From sequence record OM313461: a DNA stretch of 52,936 nucleotides, one strand, 5' to 3'. The DNA is from Escherichia phage vB_EcoM_PiR. The notes beneath the pieces were generated by a model. The model was given only the letters and a program-made list of their open reading frames with translations. It was not told the DNA's origin and did not search any database. Every line of letters starts with the position of its first letter. Position 1 is the stretch's first letter. Positions 20,389-29,508 of the stretch are shown one piece after another. A program made the translations under genes and the position numbers.

Positions 20389-21560
20389 TGGGCTCTGTAA
20401 CTAGCACAGGCTATGTTCCCGTCAAGCTCGACGACTGGATCAGCAGATTCGAAACGCTCTTCCGTCGTGTGTATGGCGCGGAAATTGATTTGTCAGCTAA
20501 GTCTGCTGACGGACAAATGGTTGGTATTCTGGCGCAGATGTTTGCAGACCAGGACGAGCAAGTTGCAATTCTGTTTTCTATGCTTGACCCTAACCAGGCG
20601 TCTGGCGTATACGTCGACCAGTTTCTTGCCTACGTAGCGCTTCAGCGTAAAGGCGAGATGTCAACGCTGTTGACTAAGGTTAAGATTGAAGGCGACCGTA
20701 ACACTATTATACGTACGCCTTACTATGTAACTGACAGCTCGAATAACGTGTACCAGCTTAACTCCACTGTTGCGCTGGATGATAACGGTGTAGTAGAAAC
20801 AAGCTTCAGCTCTGTTAAGACTGGACGCTTTGTCGTACTTGCAAACGATGAGCTTAAACCACAGACTATTGTTTCTGGTGTACGTAAAGTTACCAACATG
20901 CAAGTGTCGTCTGGCGGTGCGTCCACTGAGCTCGACTCTGAGGCAATAGACCGGGCGTATGCTTCTTACGGCAAACCTGGCACTAACAGCATCGATGGTA
21001 TTGTTGCTGAGATTCGTCAGATGACTGATGTTATCGCATGTAACGGTTACGAGAACGAAGGAGACACACAGGACCCGTTAACTGGCTTACCTCCTCATAG
21101 TATGCAGATTGTTGTGGATGGCGGTTCACCTGCGGCTATTGCTGATTGCATCTTCCGTCGTAAGACTAATGGCTGTAAGCAGATTGGTACGGAGTCTTAT
21201 CAGATTACGGATAAGTCCGGTACACAGCGTACAATAAAATGGAGTCAGCCTACTTATGTTGAGGCATATGCTTCAATAGTTGTAGCTCGTAAAGAGCTGT
21301 TTACAGACGTTTCCGAGGACCTTATCAAGAATGCTATTCTGTCCAAGGTATACAATATCGGTGAAGAGGTATCGACTTACGAGCTGGGCCAGCTGATTCA
21401 AGAAGCTAACGGTGTAAGCCCGAACTTCTACATCAAGACGTTCTTTGTGGGTAAAACATCTAATCCGTCAACAGATACTATTCTGCGTATCACTGCTCTT
21501 GAGCGTGCAATATTCGCTGCAGACCGTATCACTATTGCAGTGGTGAATGCTGATGGCTGA
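20388..21560 (+). CDS. baseplate J-like protein (probable)
   Basis: 390 aa, between gp25-like and I-like genes, overlapping starts. Confidence 0.45.
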   Translation: MGSVTSTGYVPVKLDDWISRFETLFRRVYGAEIDLSAKSADGQMVGILAQMFADQDEQVAILFSMLDPNQASGVYVDQFLAYVALQRKGEMSTLLTKVKIEGDRNTIIRTPYYVTDSSNNVYQLNSTVALDDNGVVETSFSSVKTGRFVVLANDELKPQTIVSGVRKVTNMQVSSGGASTELDSEAIDRAYASYGKPGTNSIDGIVAEIRQMTDVIACNGYENEGDTQDPLTGLPPHSMQIVVDGGSPAAIADCIFRRKTNGCKQIGTESYQITDKSGTQRTIKWSQPTYVEAYASIVVARKELFTDVSEDLIKNAILSKVYNIGEEVSTYELGQLIQEANGVSPNFYIKTFFVGKTSNPSTDTILRITALERAIFAADRITIAVVNADG

Positions 21561-22206
21561 ATATCATAAACTACTTATTCAACAGTACGCTGATAAACCA
21601 AAAGCTGTTGCAACTATTAAGGGCTTCGATGATGCAATTCAAGGTATCTGGGACGGCGCCCAACAAGTTGTTGATAGCCTTAATATAGATAAAGCTTTTG
21701 GTAAAGGTCTTGATAATGTTGCAGCCCGCGTCGGTGCATCTCGTGTTCTCAAGAAAGGCGTAGACCGTAAGTTCTTCGGCTTTACCAACAAAGTACCAGA
21801 CGTGCTTGGCTTCGGTGGTTCGTCTGGTAATAAAGGTGGCCCGTTCTATCGCTACGGTGCATCAGTTTGGGACCCGGTAATTCTTGACGACATTGACCTG
21901 CGTACTTACATCAAGATGAAAATCTGGAAGAACATGCAAGACGGTACTATGCCGTATCTAATTGACTTCCTGATTGAATTCTTCGGAATGAATAACTTCG
22001 TTATAACTGACAACGAAGATATGACAATGACTCTGGAGATATACAGTACTCTGACTCCGCTTAAACAAGTGTTGATTCAGAACTATGATATTCTTCCGCG
22101 CCCCACAGGGGTGAAGATTGAACTTAACACGAGCGTTGACGTCACGGATAGTCTGTACCGTTACGCTACTGTAAACTTACCAGCACAGGTGAATGTATAT
22201 GGCTGA
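21547..22206 (+). CDS. baseplate protein (gpI-like, probable)
   Basis: 219 aa preceding fibre gene. Confidence 0.4.
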   Translation: MLMAEYHKLLIQQYADKPKAVATIKGFDDAIQGIWDGAQQVVDSLNIDKAFGKGLDNVAARVGASRVLKKGVDRKFFGFTNKVPDVLGFGGSSGNKGGPFYRYGASVWDPVILDDIDLRTYIKMKIWKNMQDGTMPYLIDFLIEFFGMNNFVITDNEDMTMTLEIYSTLTPLKQVLIQNYDILPRPTGVKIELNTSVDVTDSLYRYATVNLPAQVNVYG

Positions 22207-23533
22207 TGTACAAACAAGACCCGATAACGACATCTTCGCCAGCTCCGCGGGTACTGGTGAACTGCTGCCGTTCGGTGACCTTGCTCGTGGCTGGGGTGCA
22301 ACCCTTGGCTACTCAGAAGGTATTCCTCCGATGGAGTGGTTTAACTTTATCGGTAACCGTACTGACAAAGGTATCCACTACATCCTTCAGCAGGGTGTTG
22401 ATATATGGGTAGAAACTGAGACCTACCCGGTTGGTGCACTGGTTAAAGTTAACGCCGACAATATGCTGTACCGTTGTCTGGTGCAGAACATTAATATGCC
22501 ACCGTCTGCTAACCCTACACAGTGGCGTCCTGTACTTGACCTGACAGCTGCATCTGCTGCAGCACGACAGGTTGGTAAAGCCTCTGGTAACGTAATCCAG
22601 GTCGGTGCATTTGGCTTAGGCGGCAACGCTGAGGTAGTTACTAATGCTAACAGCATTGTAAACGACGGTATCTACCAGCTTCCAGCGTCAGGTACGGGCG
22701 GACCTACTAACGGCGTTGAGACTGAGATTCTGCACATCAACTGGGATGCTAATAACGCTTCACAGTGGGCACGAACCAAAGGTAAGCGCGTAATTGCTAT
22801 GCGTGAGAAGGTTAACAATACCTGGGGTGGCTGGTCATACTCTTACGGGCCTGACAATAAACCTACGGCTGCTGAGCTGGGTATTAACCAGGACTTCATC
22901 CCTATGGATGGTTCTGACTCAATCCGTGGTAACTTAGGTACTATTGGCTGGTTGCATATTGCACGTACTACTTCCGACTTGCTACGTGCTGCTAACTCCG
23001 CTGGTGTAGGTACTGTCGAGTATTCTGGTAACATCGCAGGTGGTACTGCTGTTCAGGAGTTGCTGACTTCAGTTTCTGTCGCGGCTAACAGTAATGTTGT
23101 CACTGCTGCTCGCTGGGGATCTGTACCTATGTCGCACATCCAGCACATCCTTGTGGCTGGCGGTGCTACACAGATTAACATGGCGGTATGTCGCCCTGGT
23201 GGTATTGCCGACCGCCGTACAGTAGCTTTGCAGGTGGATGGTCTTAACAGCCGAGTAACTACCACAAATAGCTTTATTTTATGTGAGAATGGTGTTAGAG
23301 TATATTCACCTAACAACCCGCAGCCTATCGATACTTCAGCCGGTAACGTTCGGGGTATTCGACTCGGCGCTCGTATTGCTGCTGGTGTATCCGAGTCAAC
23401 ATTCTACCCGGGCCATGTAATGACTGGCTGGCGCTTCGGTAATAAGAAAGAGCTGCGCGGTGGTACATACTGGTCAGCGCCGTTACAGTATTATATCAAC
23501 GGCACTTGGATTAACGTAAGCAACGTATCGTAA
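22193..23533 (+). CDS. tail fibre protein (probable)
   Basis: 446 aa, Gly/Ala/Thr-rich, followed by two tail-fibre-assembly-like paralogs. Confidence 0.5.
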   Translation: MYMADVQTRPDNDIFASSAGTGELLPFGDLARGWGATLGYSEGIPPMEWFNFIGNRTDKGIHYILQQGVDIWVETETYPVGALVKVNADNMLYRCLVQNINMPPSANPTQWRPVLDLTAASAAARQVGKASGNVIQVGAFGLGGNAEVVTNANSIVNDGIYQLPASGTGGPTNGVETEILHINWDANNASQWARTKGKRVIAMREKVNNTWGGWSYSYGPDNKPTAAELGINQDFIPMDGSDSIRGNLGTIGWLHIARTTSDLLRAANSAGVGTVEYSGNIAGGTAVQELLTSVSVAANSNVVTAARWGSVPMSHIQHILVAGGATQINMAVCRPGGIADRRTVALQVDGLNSRVTTTNSFILCENGVRVYSPNNPQPIDTSAGNVRGIRLGARIAAGVSESTFYPGHVMTGWRFGNKKELRGGTYWSAPLQYYINGTWINVSNVS

Positions 23534-23542
23534 AGGTTTATT

Positions 23543-24085
23543 ATGACTAAGCATAAGGTGTTCCGTAACTTTACCATGTACCATCCCGAGGTAACAGAAG
23601 AGAACGAGAACATTGTAAATGCTGGTGCAATCTTCCTCAAGGATGAGGAAGGTCGCGACTGGTACAATCTCGCAAAAGAGTTCGCTGTCAAATACGAAGG
23701 CGCAACGTTCTTGCAGGTAGATAAGAACGGAGTTGTAATTGCGGCACATACCGACCCAACTATGTTCCATCCTGTGGGTTGCGATATGGTAGTAACATAC
23801 GACCCGCCTTTCAACATCTTCGAGACTGTTGGCGAATGGCTGTTCGACGGTAAAGAGTTTACGCTTAACGCACCAATGATGAAGGAGATTGCTCGTGAGC
23901 GTAAAGAACAAGCTCTGTCCATCGCTTCGACCAAGGTCAGTGTTTTACGTGACACAGTTGATAGTGGCAATGCTACCGATGAAGAAAAAGAGCTATTTGC
24001 TAAATGGCGTGATTACAGGATTGCTGTCAATCGTCTTGACATTAACCTTGGTTCCGCTATGGTTGTTCCACCTATGCCGGAGTAA
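23543..24085 (+). CDS. tail fibre assembly protein (paralog 1)
   Basis: paralogous to 24089-24592 (shared N-terminal region NFTxYxPxxTxE...DW..LAKE); position after fibre gene. Confidence 0.5.
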   Translation: MTKHKVFRNFTMYHPEVTEENENIVNAGAIFLKDEEGRDWYNLAKEFAVKYEGATFLQVDKNGVVIAAHTDPTMFHPVGCDMVVTYDPPFNIFETVGEWLFDGKEFTLNAPMMKEIARERKEQALSIASTKVSVLRDTVDSGNATDEEKELFAKWRDYRIAVNRLDINLGSAMVVPPMPE

Positions 24086-24088
24086 ACC

Positions 24089-24592
24089 ATGCAACTGTCA
24101 TTTTTCAACTTTACAGAATACAACCCACAAAGGACGGCGGAGACACTTCCGCTGATTAAGCAAGGCGTTGTATTCATCAAAGATAACAATGGTAATGACT
24201 GGCGTAAGCTGGCTAAAGAGCTGGCTAAGAATAAAGAGCTGGTTCATTATATTGTTGTGGACAAGTACAATGCTGTTGCCGCGTATGCTAACGATCCTAC
24301 GCTACTGTTTCCTGTTAATTGCGATTTGCATATTGTTGAGTCTGTCCCTGCTGCTAAGTTTGCGGATTGCTATTACGAATGGTCATACGTTAATGGCAAG
24401 TTTGTTAAGCACTCGGAACTGCAGAAGGTGATTGCAGAAGAGCGCCTGCATGAAGAACAGGCTTGGGTTGAAGAGCAACTCGATACTGAAGAGGATGAAG
24501 AACGTATCATCGCTTTGCATAAATTCCGTGCTGATTTGATGTTGCTTGTAATGTCAGATGTGCCGCATATTGACTGGCCTGTACGACCGTAA
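24089..24592 (+). CDS. tail fibre assembly protein (paralog 2)
   Basis: paralog of preceding ORF. Confidence 0.5.
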   Translation: MQLSFFNFTEYNPQRTAETLPLIKQGVVFIKDNNGNDWRKLAKELAKNKELVHYIVVDKYNAVAAYANDPTLLFPVNCDLHIVESVPAAKFADCYYEWSYVNGKFVKHSELQKVIAEERLHEEQAWVEEQLDTEEDEERIIALHKFRADLMLLVMSDVPHIDWPVRP

Positions 24593-24599
24593 CTAATTG

Positions 24600-24640
24600 C
24601 TACCAGCAAGCTTGTGCAGTTGCTGGTAGCGTTTCTTTTA
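24600..24640 (+). terminator. rho-independent terminator
   Basis: perfect 10-bp stem CTACCAGCAA/TTGCTGGTAG, 10-nt loop, then T-rich GTTTCTTTT. Confidence 0.65.
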
Positions 24641-24651
24641 CGCTTGAGTCG

Positions 24652-24660
24652 TGCTATAAT
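24652..24660 (+). promoter_or_regulatory. extended -10 promoter element TGCTATAAT
   Basis: TGnTATAAT at 24652-24660 upstream of lysis cassette; no good -35. Confidence 0.4.
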
Positions 24661-24694
24661 CCACTCTGGGTATACAATAAACCGGAGATATGGG

Positions 24695-24955
24695 ATGTTT
24701 GACTACAACGACAAGTCTTCCCTTATTGGCCAGTTTGTGGCTTGGGTAACAATAACAGTAAGTACTTTATCACTAAGTGATTGGGGTACTCTTATCGGTA
24801 TACTCAGTTCCTTGGTGATGCTGATTGTTGTTACATATAACCAAACACGGCGAACCAAAATTATGTCGGATTATTACAATCGTAAGAAGCCGATAGAGGA
24901 TGAAGTCGCGTCGAAAGAAGAGGTGTTACGTGAGTCTGAAATCAGCAGCGACTAA
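24695..24955 (+). CDS. holin (two-TMD, pinholin-like)
   Basis: 86 aa with two hydrophobic segments and charged C-terminus; ATG 24695 with GGAGA SD; track start 24614 is GTG inside the terminator stem. Confidence 0.6.
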   Translation: MFDYNDKSSLIGQFVAWVTITVSTLSLSDWGTLIGILSSLVMLIVVTYNQTRRTKIMSDYYNRKKPIEDEVASKEEVLRESEISSD

Positions 24956-24968
24956 AGGAGGTTGTAGC

Positions 24969-25475
24969 GTGCTCGCTATCATCGGGCTTGTATTGTCGAT
25001 GACAAGTACGCATGTACGTACTAATAAAGAAGGTCTTGAAATAATCGGTAATGCAGAAGGTTGTATGCGCAACCCGTATGTATGCCCTACTGGTTATTTA
25101 ACAGTTGGCATTGGTAGCCGCATCTACAGCGATGAGCCCGCTGTACGGCGCGAAGGCCTGACAGACCAGGAGATTGCTGACCGCTGGGTCAAGAATATAC
25201 AAGAAGCAGAAAAGTGTGTTAACGACTGGTTCCACGGTAAAGATATGAACACTAACCAGTTCAGCGCTATGACTTCAATGGTATTCAACCATGGTTGCAC
25301 TAGACTCCGTAAGAACAAGGATGGTTCACCTACCAAAATATATACTGCTGCCCGTAAACAAAACTGGACTGAAATGTGTAACAGCATAACTGACTGGGAT
25401 ATGGGTGGTAAGTACAGGGGCTTGACAATACGTAAGCAAAAGGAAAAAGCGTTATGTCTAAAACCGGTGCAATAA
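24969..25475 (+). CDS. SAR endolysin (T4-lysozyme-like muramidase with N-terminal signal-anchor-release domain)
   Basis: GTG 24969 seven nt after AAGGAGG; N-terminal hydrophobic LAIIGLVLSMTS followed by EGLEIIGNAEGC...TGYLTVGIG and MVFNHG lysozyme-like motifs. Confidence 0.7.
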   Translation: MLAIIGLVLSMTSTHVRTNKEGLEIIGNAEGCMRNPYVCPTGYLTVGIGSRIYSDEPAVRREGLTDQEIADRWVKNIQEAEKCVNDWFHGKDMNTNQFSAMTSMVFNHGCTRLRKNKDGSPTKIYTAARKQNWTEMCNSITDWDMGGKYRGLTIRKQKEKALCLKPVQ

Positions 25476-25783
25476 TTGCAGTTATTCTCGGCCTCGCCAT
25501 TGTGTTCCTGGCTTTGTGGGTACGTGAGCTGAAAGGTGATATTATCGACCGTGACGGTATAATCAAACAGCTTAACAAGACTAATGGCGAGTTGTCCGCT
25601 ACTAATCAAACGCTGATTAACTCTGTAAAGGATGAACGTGAGGCTTCAGCCAAACGCGCTAGTAAGATAGCTGAACTTGAACAACAACTGCGTGATAAGA
25701 AGGGTAAATATGACGAAGCGACAAAATATGATTCGTGCGCTAATACTGTTGCTCCTTCTGCCGTTCTTGAACTCATGCGCTGA
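25454..25783 (+). CDS. i-spanin (Rz-like)
   Basis: N-terminal transmembrane segment then charged coiled-coil periplasmic domain; follows endolysin. Confidence 0.6.
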   Translation: MSKTGAIIAVILGLAIVFLALWVRELKGDIIDRDGIIKQLNKTNGELSATNQTLINSVKDEREASAKRASKIAELEQQLRDKKGKYDEATKYDSCANTVAPSAVLELMR

Positions 25784-25985
25784 TAAGCCTGAAGTTGTTT
25801 ATGTTGACAGGGTAGTCAAGGTTTATCCGCCTGGTGCGTACATGGTTAAATGCCATAAACCTGAATTAACAGGTAATACCTGGAAGGCAATAGGTCAGTT
25901 AGCTATTGAACGTGGAACAGCTCTTGATGATTGTGCAGACAAGATGGACAGCATAATTAACTGGAGTAACAAAGGGGCCGAGTGA
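25710..25985 (+). CDS. o-spanin (Rz1-like lipoprotein)
   Basis: ATG 25710 with AAGGG SD; signal peptide LILLLLLPFLNSC with lipobox-like Cys; overlaps i-spanin 3' end in another frame. Confidence 0.55.
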   Translation: MTKRQNMIRALILLLLLPFLNSCADKPEVVYVDRVVKVYPPGAYMVKCHKPELTGNTWKAIGQLAIERGTALDDCADKMDSIINWSNKGAE

Positions 25986-26002
25986 TGGCCCCTTTATTTA
26001 TT
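25971..26002. terminator. bidirectional terminator between convergent late (+) and replication (-) units
   Basis: stem GGGGCC/GGCCCC (25974-25979/25987-25992) with 7-nt loop, A-run upstream and TTTATTTATT downstream. Confidence 0.6.
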
Positions 26003-26225
26003 AGCGTTTTCCTTTCAGCTCGTTATACTGCGCACATGCAGCACACAGCACTGTACCGGGTAAAAGCTGACGTCGTTTTTCTTCAATGTCTTCCCCACAC
26101 TGGTAGCACGTCAGCGGGCTTACTCCTGTGTATCTTACTCGGTTCGATAGCGCTGCGTCCCGGGCAACTTGTTCAGCTTCAGAAGCCATATCATTAATGT
26201 CCGATGTGCGCGTAGTCTCAATCAT
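26001..26225 (-). CDS. TraR/DksA-family C4 zinc-finger protein
   Basis: CYQCGEDIEEKRRQLLPGTVLCAAC matches the C-x2-C-x3-I-x3-R-x4-P-x4-C-x2-C signature; GAGGG SD. Confidence 0.8.
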   Translation of the reverse strand: MIETTRTSDINDMASEAEQVARDAALSNRVRYTGVSPLTCYQCGEDIEEKRRQLLPGTVLCAACAQYNELKGKR

Positions 26226-26500
26226 TATTTTCCCTCTTCTTCACAATACAGGGTTTCTAATTCGTCGCATAGCTGTTGCGTCCAGCAATCATCCTCACCA
26301 CGTATCTGGAAGCACAGCACAGGAATATCCTGTCGTAAAATATCGCTCTTGTAAATCTTTTTGGCAACAGCTTCTGGTTCTTCCTGGAATATCTTCATAA
26401 ACCAGTCCAGGCCTGACGTGCAGCCTGAGGCGTCTAGTATCTCCTTCGCCCTTAACTTAAGCGTTTCATCTACTTCATACTCTAAACCTATCTTAGACAT
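26225..26500 (-). CDS. hypothetical protein
   Basis: ATG start, acidic 91-aa protein. Confidence 0.5.
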   Translation of the reverse strand: MSKIGLEYEVDETLKLRAKEILDASGCTSGLDWFMKIFQEEPEAVAKKIYKSDILRQDIPVLCFQIRGEDDCWTQQLCDELETLYCEEEGK

Positions 26501-26515
26501 ATTATAGACCTTTAA

Positions 26516-28483
26516 TTAGTGTGCCTCTGCCCAGTTACTTTCTATCTTAGCATCAGTAAGAACAGGTACACGAAGCGGTAGTACAGTTTCCATGACCCGT
26601 ACGAAATCATAGAACCCATCTTCTGCTTGCTTACCAGACGGTAGAGAGAAGTTAAGCTCATCGTGTACAGTCAGGCGAGGTACGCCAATCACGTCAAAGT
26701 AACCGTCTTCATACCCTTTCAGCATTGCAGACTTCATCTGGTCTGCTGACGACCCTTGCAGCACTCGGTTGATTGCCTTGTGGGTGTCTGCCAGTTTAAT
26801 GTTCGGGCCATACTCCTGACGTGCTTCTTCAAATGGCAAAGGCATCTTCCCGAATCCACCACGCTTTGGTACCCACTTATTGAACCACGTCTTCCGGCCC
26901 ATAAAGGTTTCTACGTACCCCTGGCTATAACATAAATCTTCATAATGCTTCATGGTAGCACCAATGAATGGTGCGCCCTGATGGTACGCCTTCAGAACAG
27001 GTTCTGCTTCTTCAGGCGTCATTGCTAACTTACGGGCAAGAGCATTAAGCATCATGCCATATAGCAAACCAAAGTTGATGGTCTTGGCTGGTTTACGCTC
27101 TATAACGTGACCTGAGGCTTCCTTGATAATATCGACCATAACATTGTGGTAATCTGCTTCCGGGTTAGCCGCGAAAATTGCTCGTAACTCATCAGCGCCC
27201 GGGCCGACTGCAAAATGCGCCATGAATCGATATTCAATTTGGGCGTAGTCTGCTGATCCCCATCTGTGTCCGACATCCGGTACGAAACAAGCACGAAGGA
27301 GTGGTCCCAGTATTTTGTGTCGAGACGGTATATTCTGCAGATTAGGGTCAGATGAGCTAAACCGACCACTAACGGTTCCACCGTCATCACCGCGCATTTG
27401 ATGGAATTGACCGTGAAGGAAGCCATTTGTATTCATCCCCAATATATAGCCACGAATAAACGTGGACTGGATTTTTTCATAAGACTTAATCTCAGACACC
27501 AGTTCCGCAAACGGATGGTGCAAGCCTGCTAAGAAGTCTGCCGTAAACGACGGATTACCCGCCGCTGTTTTGAAGTACTCCAGACCTAAATGGTCAAATG
27601 CAAGAGCTAAGTCCGGACCTGAGTTAACGTTAATGTTAAAGCCAATCTGGTCTTTAATCTGCTGGTGCATTTTCCTTATTTCAGCGCTAAGCGTATCATC
27701 CGCCTCTTTGGCTTTATCAAGGTCAACACGCACACCTGCAAAACGCATCTTAAGCATTAATGGAATAAGCTTGCACTCCATATAGAATACATCTGTTAAA
27801 CACCAGCGACTTAACAAAGGCCACTGGGCTTTGATAATGTGTATTGGTAAGTCGGCGTCAGATTCAGCATAGTAACCCACAAGACGAGGAGGCGTTTTGT
27901 AGATGTACTTTCTGGCTTCACCTGTTGGCTTACAGCCATAAGCATCTGAAATCCATTGGTACATCTCGGCTGAGTCTTTACCTTCGCCTACATACTTTCG
28001 TCCAAGTCCTTCAAGTGCAACACGCGCGCCTGGGTCAAGTAATGCTTCCGCGAATTGTACATCCATGCACAATCCTTTAACTTCCACGCCTTCTGCTGCA
28101 AGCCAGCCCAAGTCATATGTGATGTTAGCACCGACTTTAACTTGGTTAGGTCGCGAGAGTTCGAGCCGAAGCCAACCAAGTACTTCCTCAGCTGGAAGGT
28201 TATCCTCTTCGCCGAGCTCGTGTCTGATTGGGTAGTAAGCTTTGAAGCCGTTGTCCGTAGCGATACTAACTCCAACGATATGACCCTCCCTCCTGGCCCA
28301 ACCACTACCATTTGTATCCATCCCTGGGTCGTATGTTTCACAGTCAAGACCGATAATCTTTGCAGAAGACAAATCCGGGTAATGCGCGCGCGGCCGCCAT
28401 CCAGTATCCCTGACGTATGGTATAGGACGGTTGATAGGTTTAACATTCTTTGCACCTTCGAAGCTATCGAATAAAAAGCTCAT
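26516..28483 (-). CDS. DNA polymerase, family A, with 3'-5' exonuclease domain
   Basis: exo motif LDCET; pol motifs DYAQIEYR (A), KTINFGLLYG (B), VHDE (C); GAGGGGA SD. Confidence 0.9.
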   Translation of the reverse strand: MSFLFDSFEGAKNVKPINRPIPYVRDTGWRPRAHYPDLSSAKIIGLDCETYDPGMDTNGSGWARREGHIVGVSIATDNGFKAYYPIRHELGEEDNLPAEEVLGWLRLELSRPNQVKVGANITYDLGWLAAEGVEVKGLCMDVQFAEALLDPGARVALEGLGRKYVGEGKDSAEMYQWISDAYGCKPTGEARKYIYKTPPRLVGYYAESDADLPIHIIKAQWPLLSRWCLTDVFYMECKLIPLMLKMRFAGVRVDLDKAKEADDTLSAEIRKMHQQIKDQIGFNINVNSGPDLALAFDHLGLEYFKTAAGNPSFTADFLAGLHHPFAELVSEIKSYEKIQSTFIRGYILGMNTNGFLHGQFHQMRGDDGGTVSGRFSSSDPNLQNIPSRHKILGPLLRACFVPDVGHRWGSADYAQIEYRFMAHFAVGPGADELRAIFAANPEADYHNVMVDIIKEASGHVIERKPAKTINFGLLYGMMLNALARKLAMTPEEAEPVLKAYHQGAPFIGATMKHYEDLCYSQGYVETFMGRKTWFNKWVPKRGGFGKMPLPFEEARQEYGPNIKLADTHKAINRVLQGSSADQMKSAMLKGYEDGYFDVIGVPRLTVHDELNFSLPSGKQAEDGFYDFVRVMETVLPLRVPVLTDAKIESNWAEAH

Positions 28484-29478
28484 CAGTCCCCTCTCACATA
28501 CGCAATTACAACTGTACGAGTTGAGTTTTCCATTTTGAGCGCCTGACTACCAAGCCCTATTCTTTCCATGCCTTTAGCCAGTTTACTCATCTGACTAATA
28601 ACACAGTTGAACGGTTTACTAAACTTAGTCGACTGGAACTTAATGTCGACGGACATCTTAGGAATAATCTTGTCTGGTAAGTCTGCTTTTGCTGTTGACT
28701 CGCCAGTTATCTCCAGAATGGCTTGACCTTCGTCATACCCAGTAAGCTGGTCCATAACTTCCAGGAATTCAGGAGTGATGGCCTGCATATCCATTTCCAT
28801 ATTGAAGAACTTCGATACGTCTGGCCATTTGGCTGCGAGTACCGGAGCATCCATCTGTACGCCATCCGCAAAACCGAAGAACATCTGACCGCGGGTATAT
28901 CCTACGCTTGTGGGTTCCATCTTCAGCTTAACCAGAGCCTCAAGCATTGGTTTGGCTATGGCACATTCAAATTCAAAATCTACATTCAACTTCTCGCGTA
29001 TCATATACTTACCGTTAGTGGCGTAAGCATAACCATCGCGCAGAAGTAAAGATGTTGCCCATACCTGCGGTGCTTCGTTAGGTACCCATTTGGCTAAGGC
29101 AGTTAATACCGGGAGTAATTCGCCATGTGCTGAATACCAGTTGTTAACTGTAGCAAGCGGCGGTATTGGTTCATTAAGCGCTTGCATTCTTGTTTTAAGT
29201 ACACCTGCTGTGACCGTGAGGTTTCCAGCGGCTGTAATGTTAAAAGTAATCTGTTCAGTTCTTGCCGCATTAACGGCCTTACGAAATGATTCAGCATCCA
29301 CTTGCAGGTCTGGAAATCCTTTACATGGCGCTCGTAGTAATACGTTCTTGTAGTATGAATGGATTGTTCCGTCTGCAATCCATATTTTGCCCATAAGACC
29401 ACTATCAGTATACTTGATGGGACGAGCTTGTTGAACGGCAGTCTGTATTTGTTTGGTGTCATAGTTAAACTTGCTCAT
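28483..29478 (-). CDS. hypothetical protein, possibly sliding-clamp-like polymerase accessory factor
   Basis: 331 aa adjacent to polymerase; WPDVSKFF segment resembles the beta-clamp (F/W)PDYxxV motif; weak, by eye. Confidence 0.35.
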   Translation of the reverse strand: MSKFNYDTKQIQTAVQQARPIKYTDSGLMGKIWIADGTIHSYYKNVLLRAPCKGFPDLQVDAESFRKAVNAARTEQITFNITAAGNLTVTAGVLKTRMQALNEPIPPLATVNNWYSAHGELLPVLTALAKWVPNEAPQVWATSLLLRDGYAYATNGKYMIREKLNVDFEFECAIAKPMLEALVKLKMEPTSVGYTRGQMFFGFADGVQMDAPVLAAKWPDVSKFFNMEMDMQAITPEFLEVMDQLTGYDEGQAILEITGESTAKADLPDKIIPKMSVDIKFQSTKFSKPFNCVISQMSKLAKGMERIGLGSQALKMENSTRTVVIAYVRGD

Positions 29479-29485
29479 AGTATAA

Positions 29486-29501
29486 CGGGGCCGAAGCCCC
29501 G
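29486..29501 (-). other. GC hairpin with UUCG tetraloop (as RNA: CGGGGC-UUCG-GCCCCG) at gene junction
   Basis: perfect 6-bp stem; lies between TS-like stop and next start; same core as hairpin at 35927-35946. Confidence 0.6.
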
Positions 29502-29508
29502 CTCCATC

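Noticed and set aside
24614-24694. Track start of holin ORF at GTG 24614
   Set aside because: That GTG lies inside the terminator hairpin and upstream of the promoter element; ATG 24695 with an SD gives a typical two-TMD holin.
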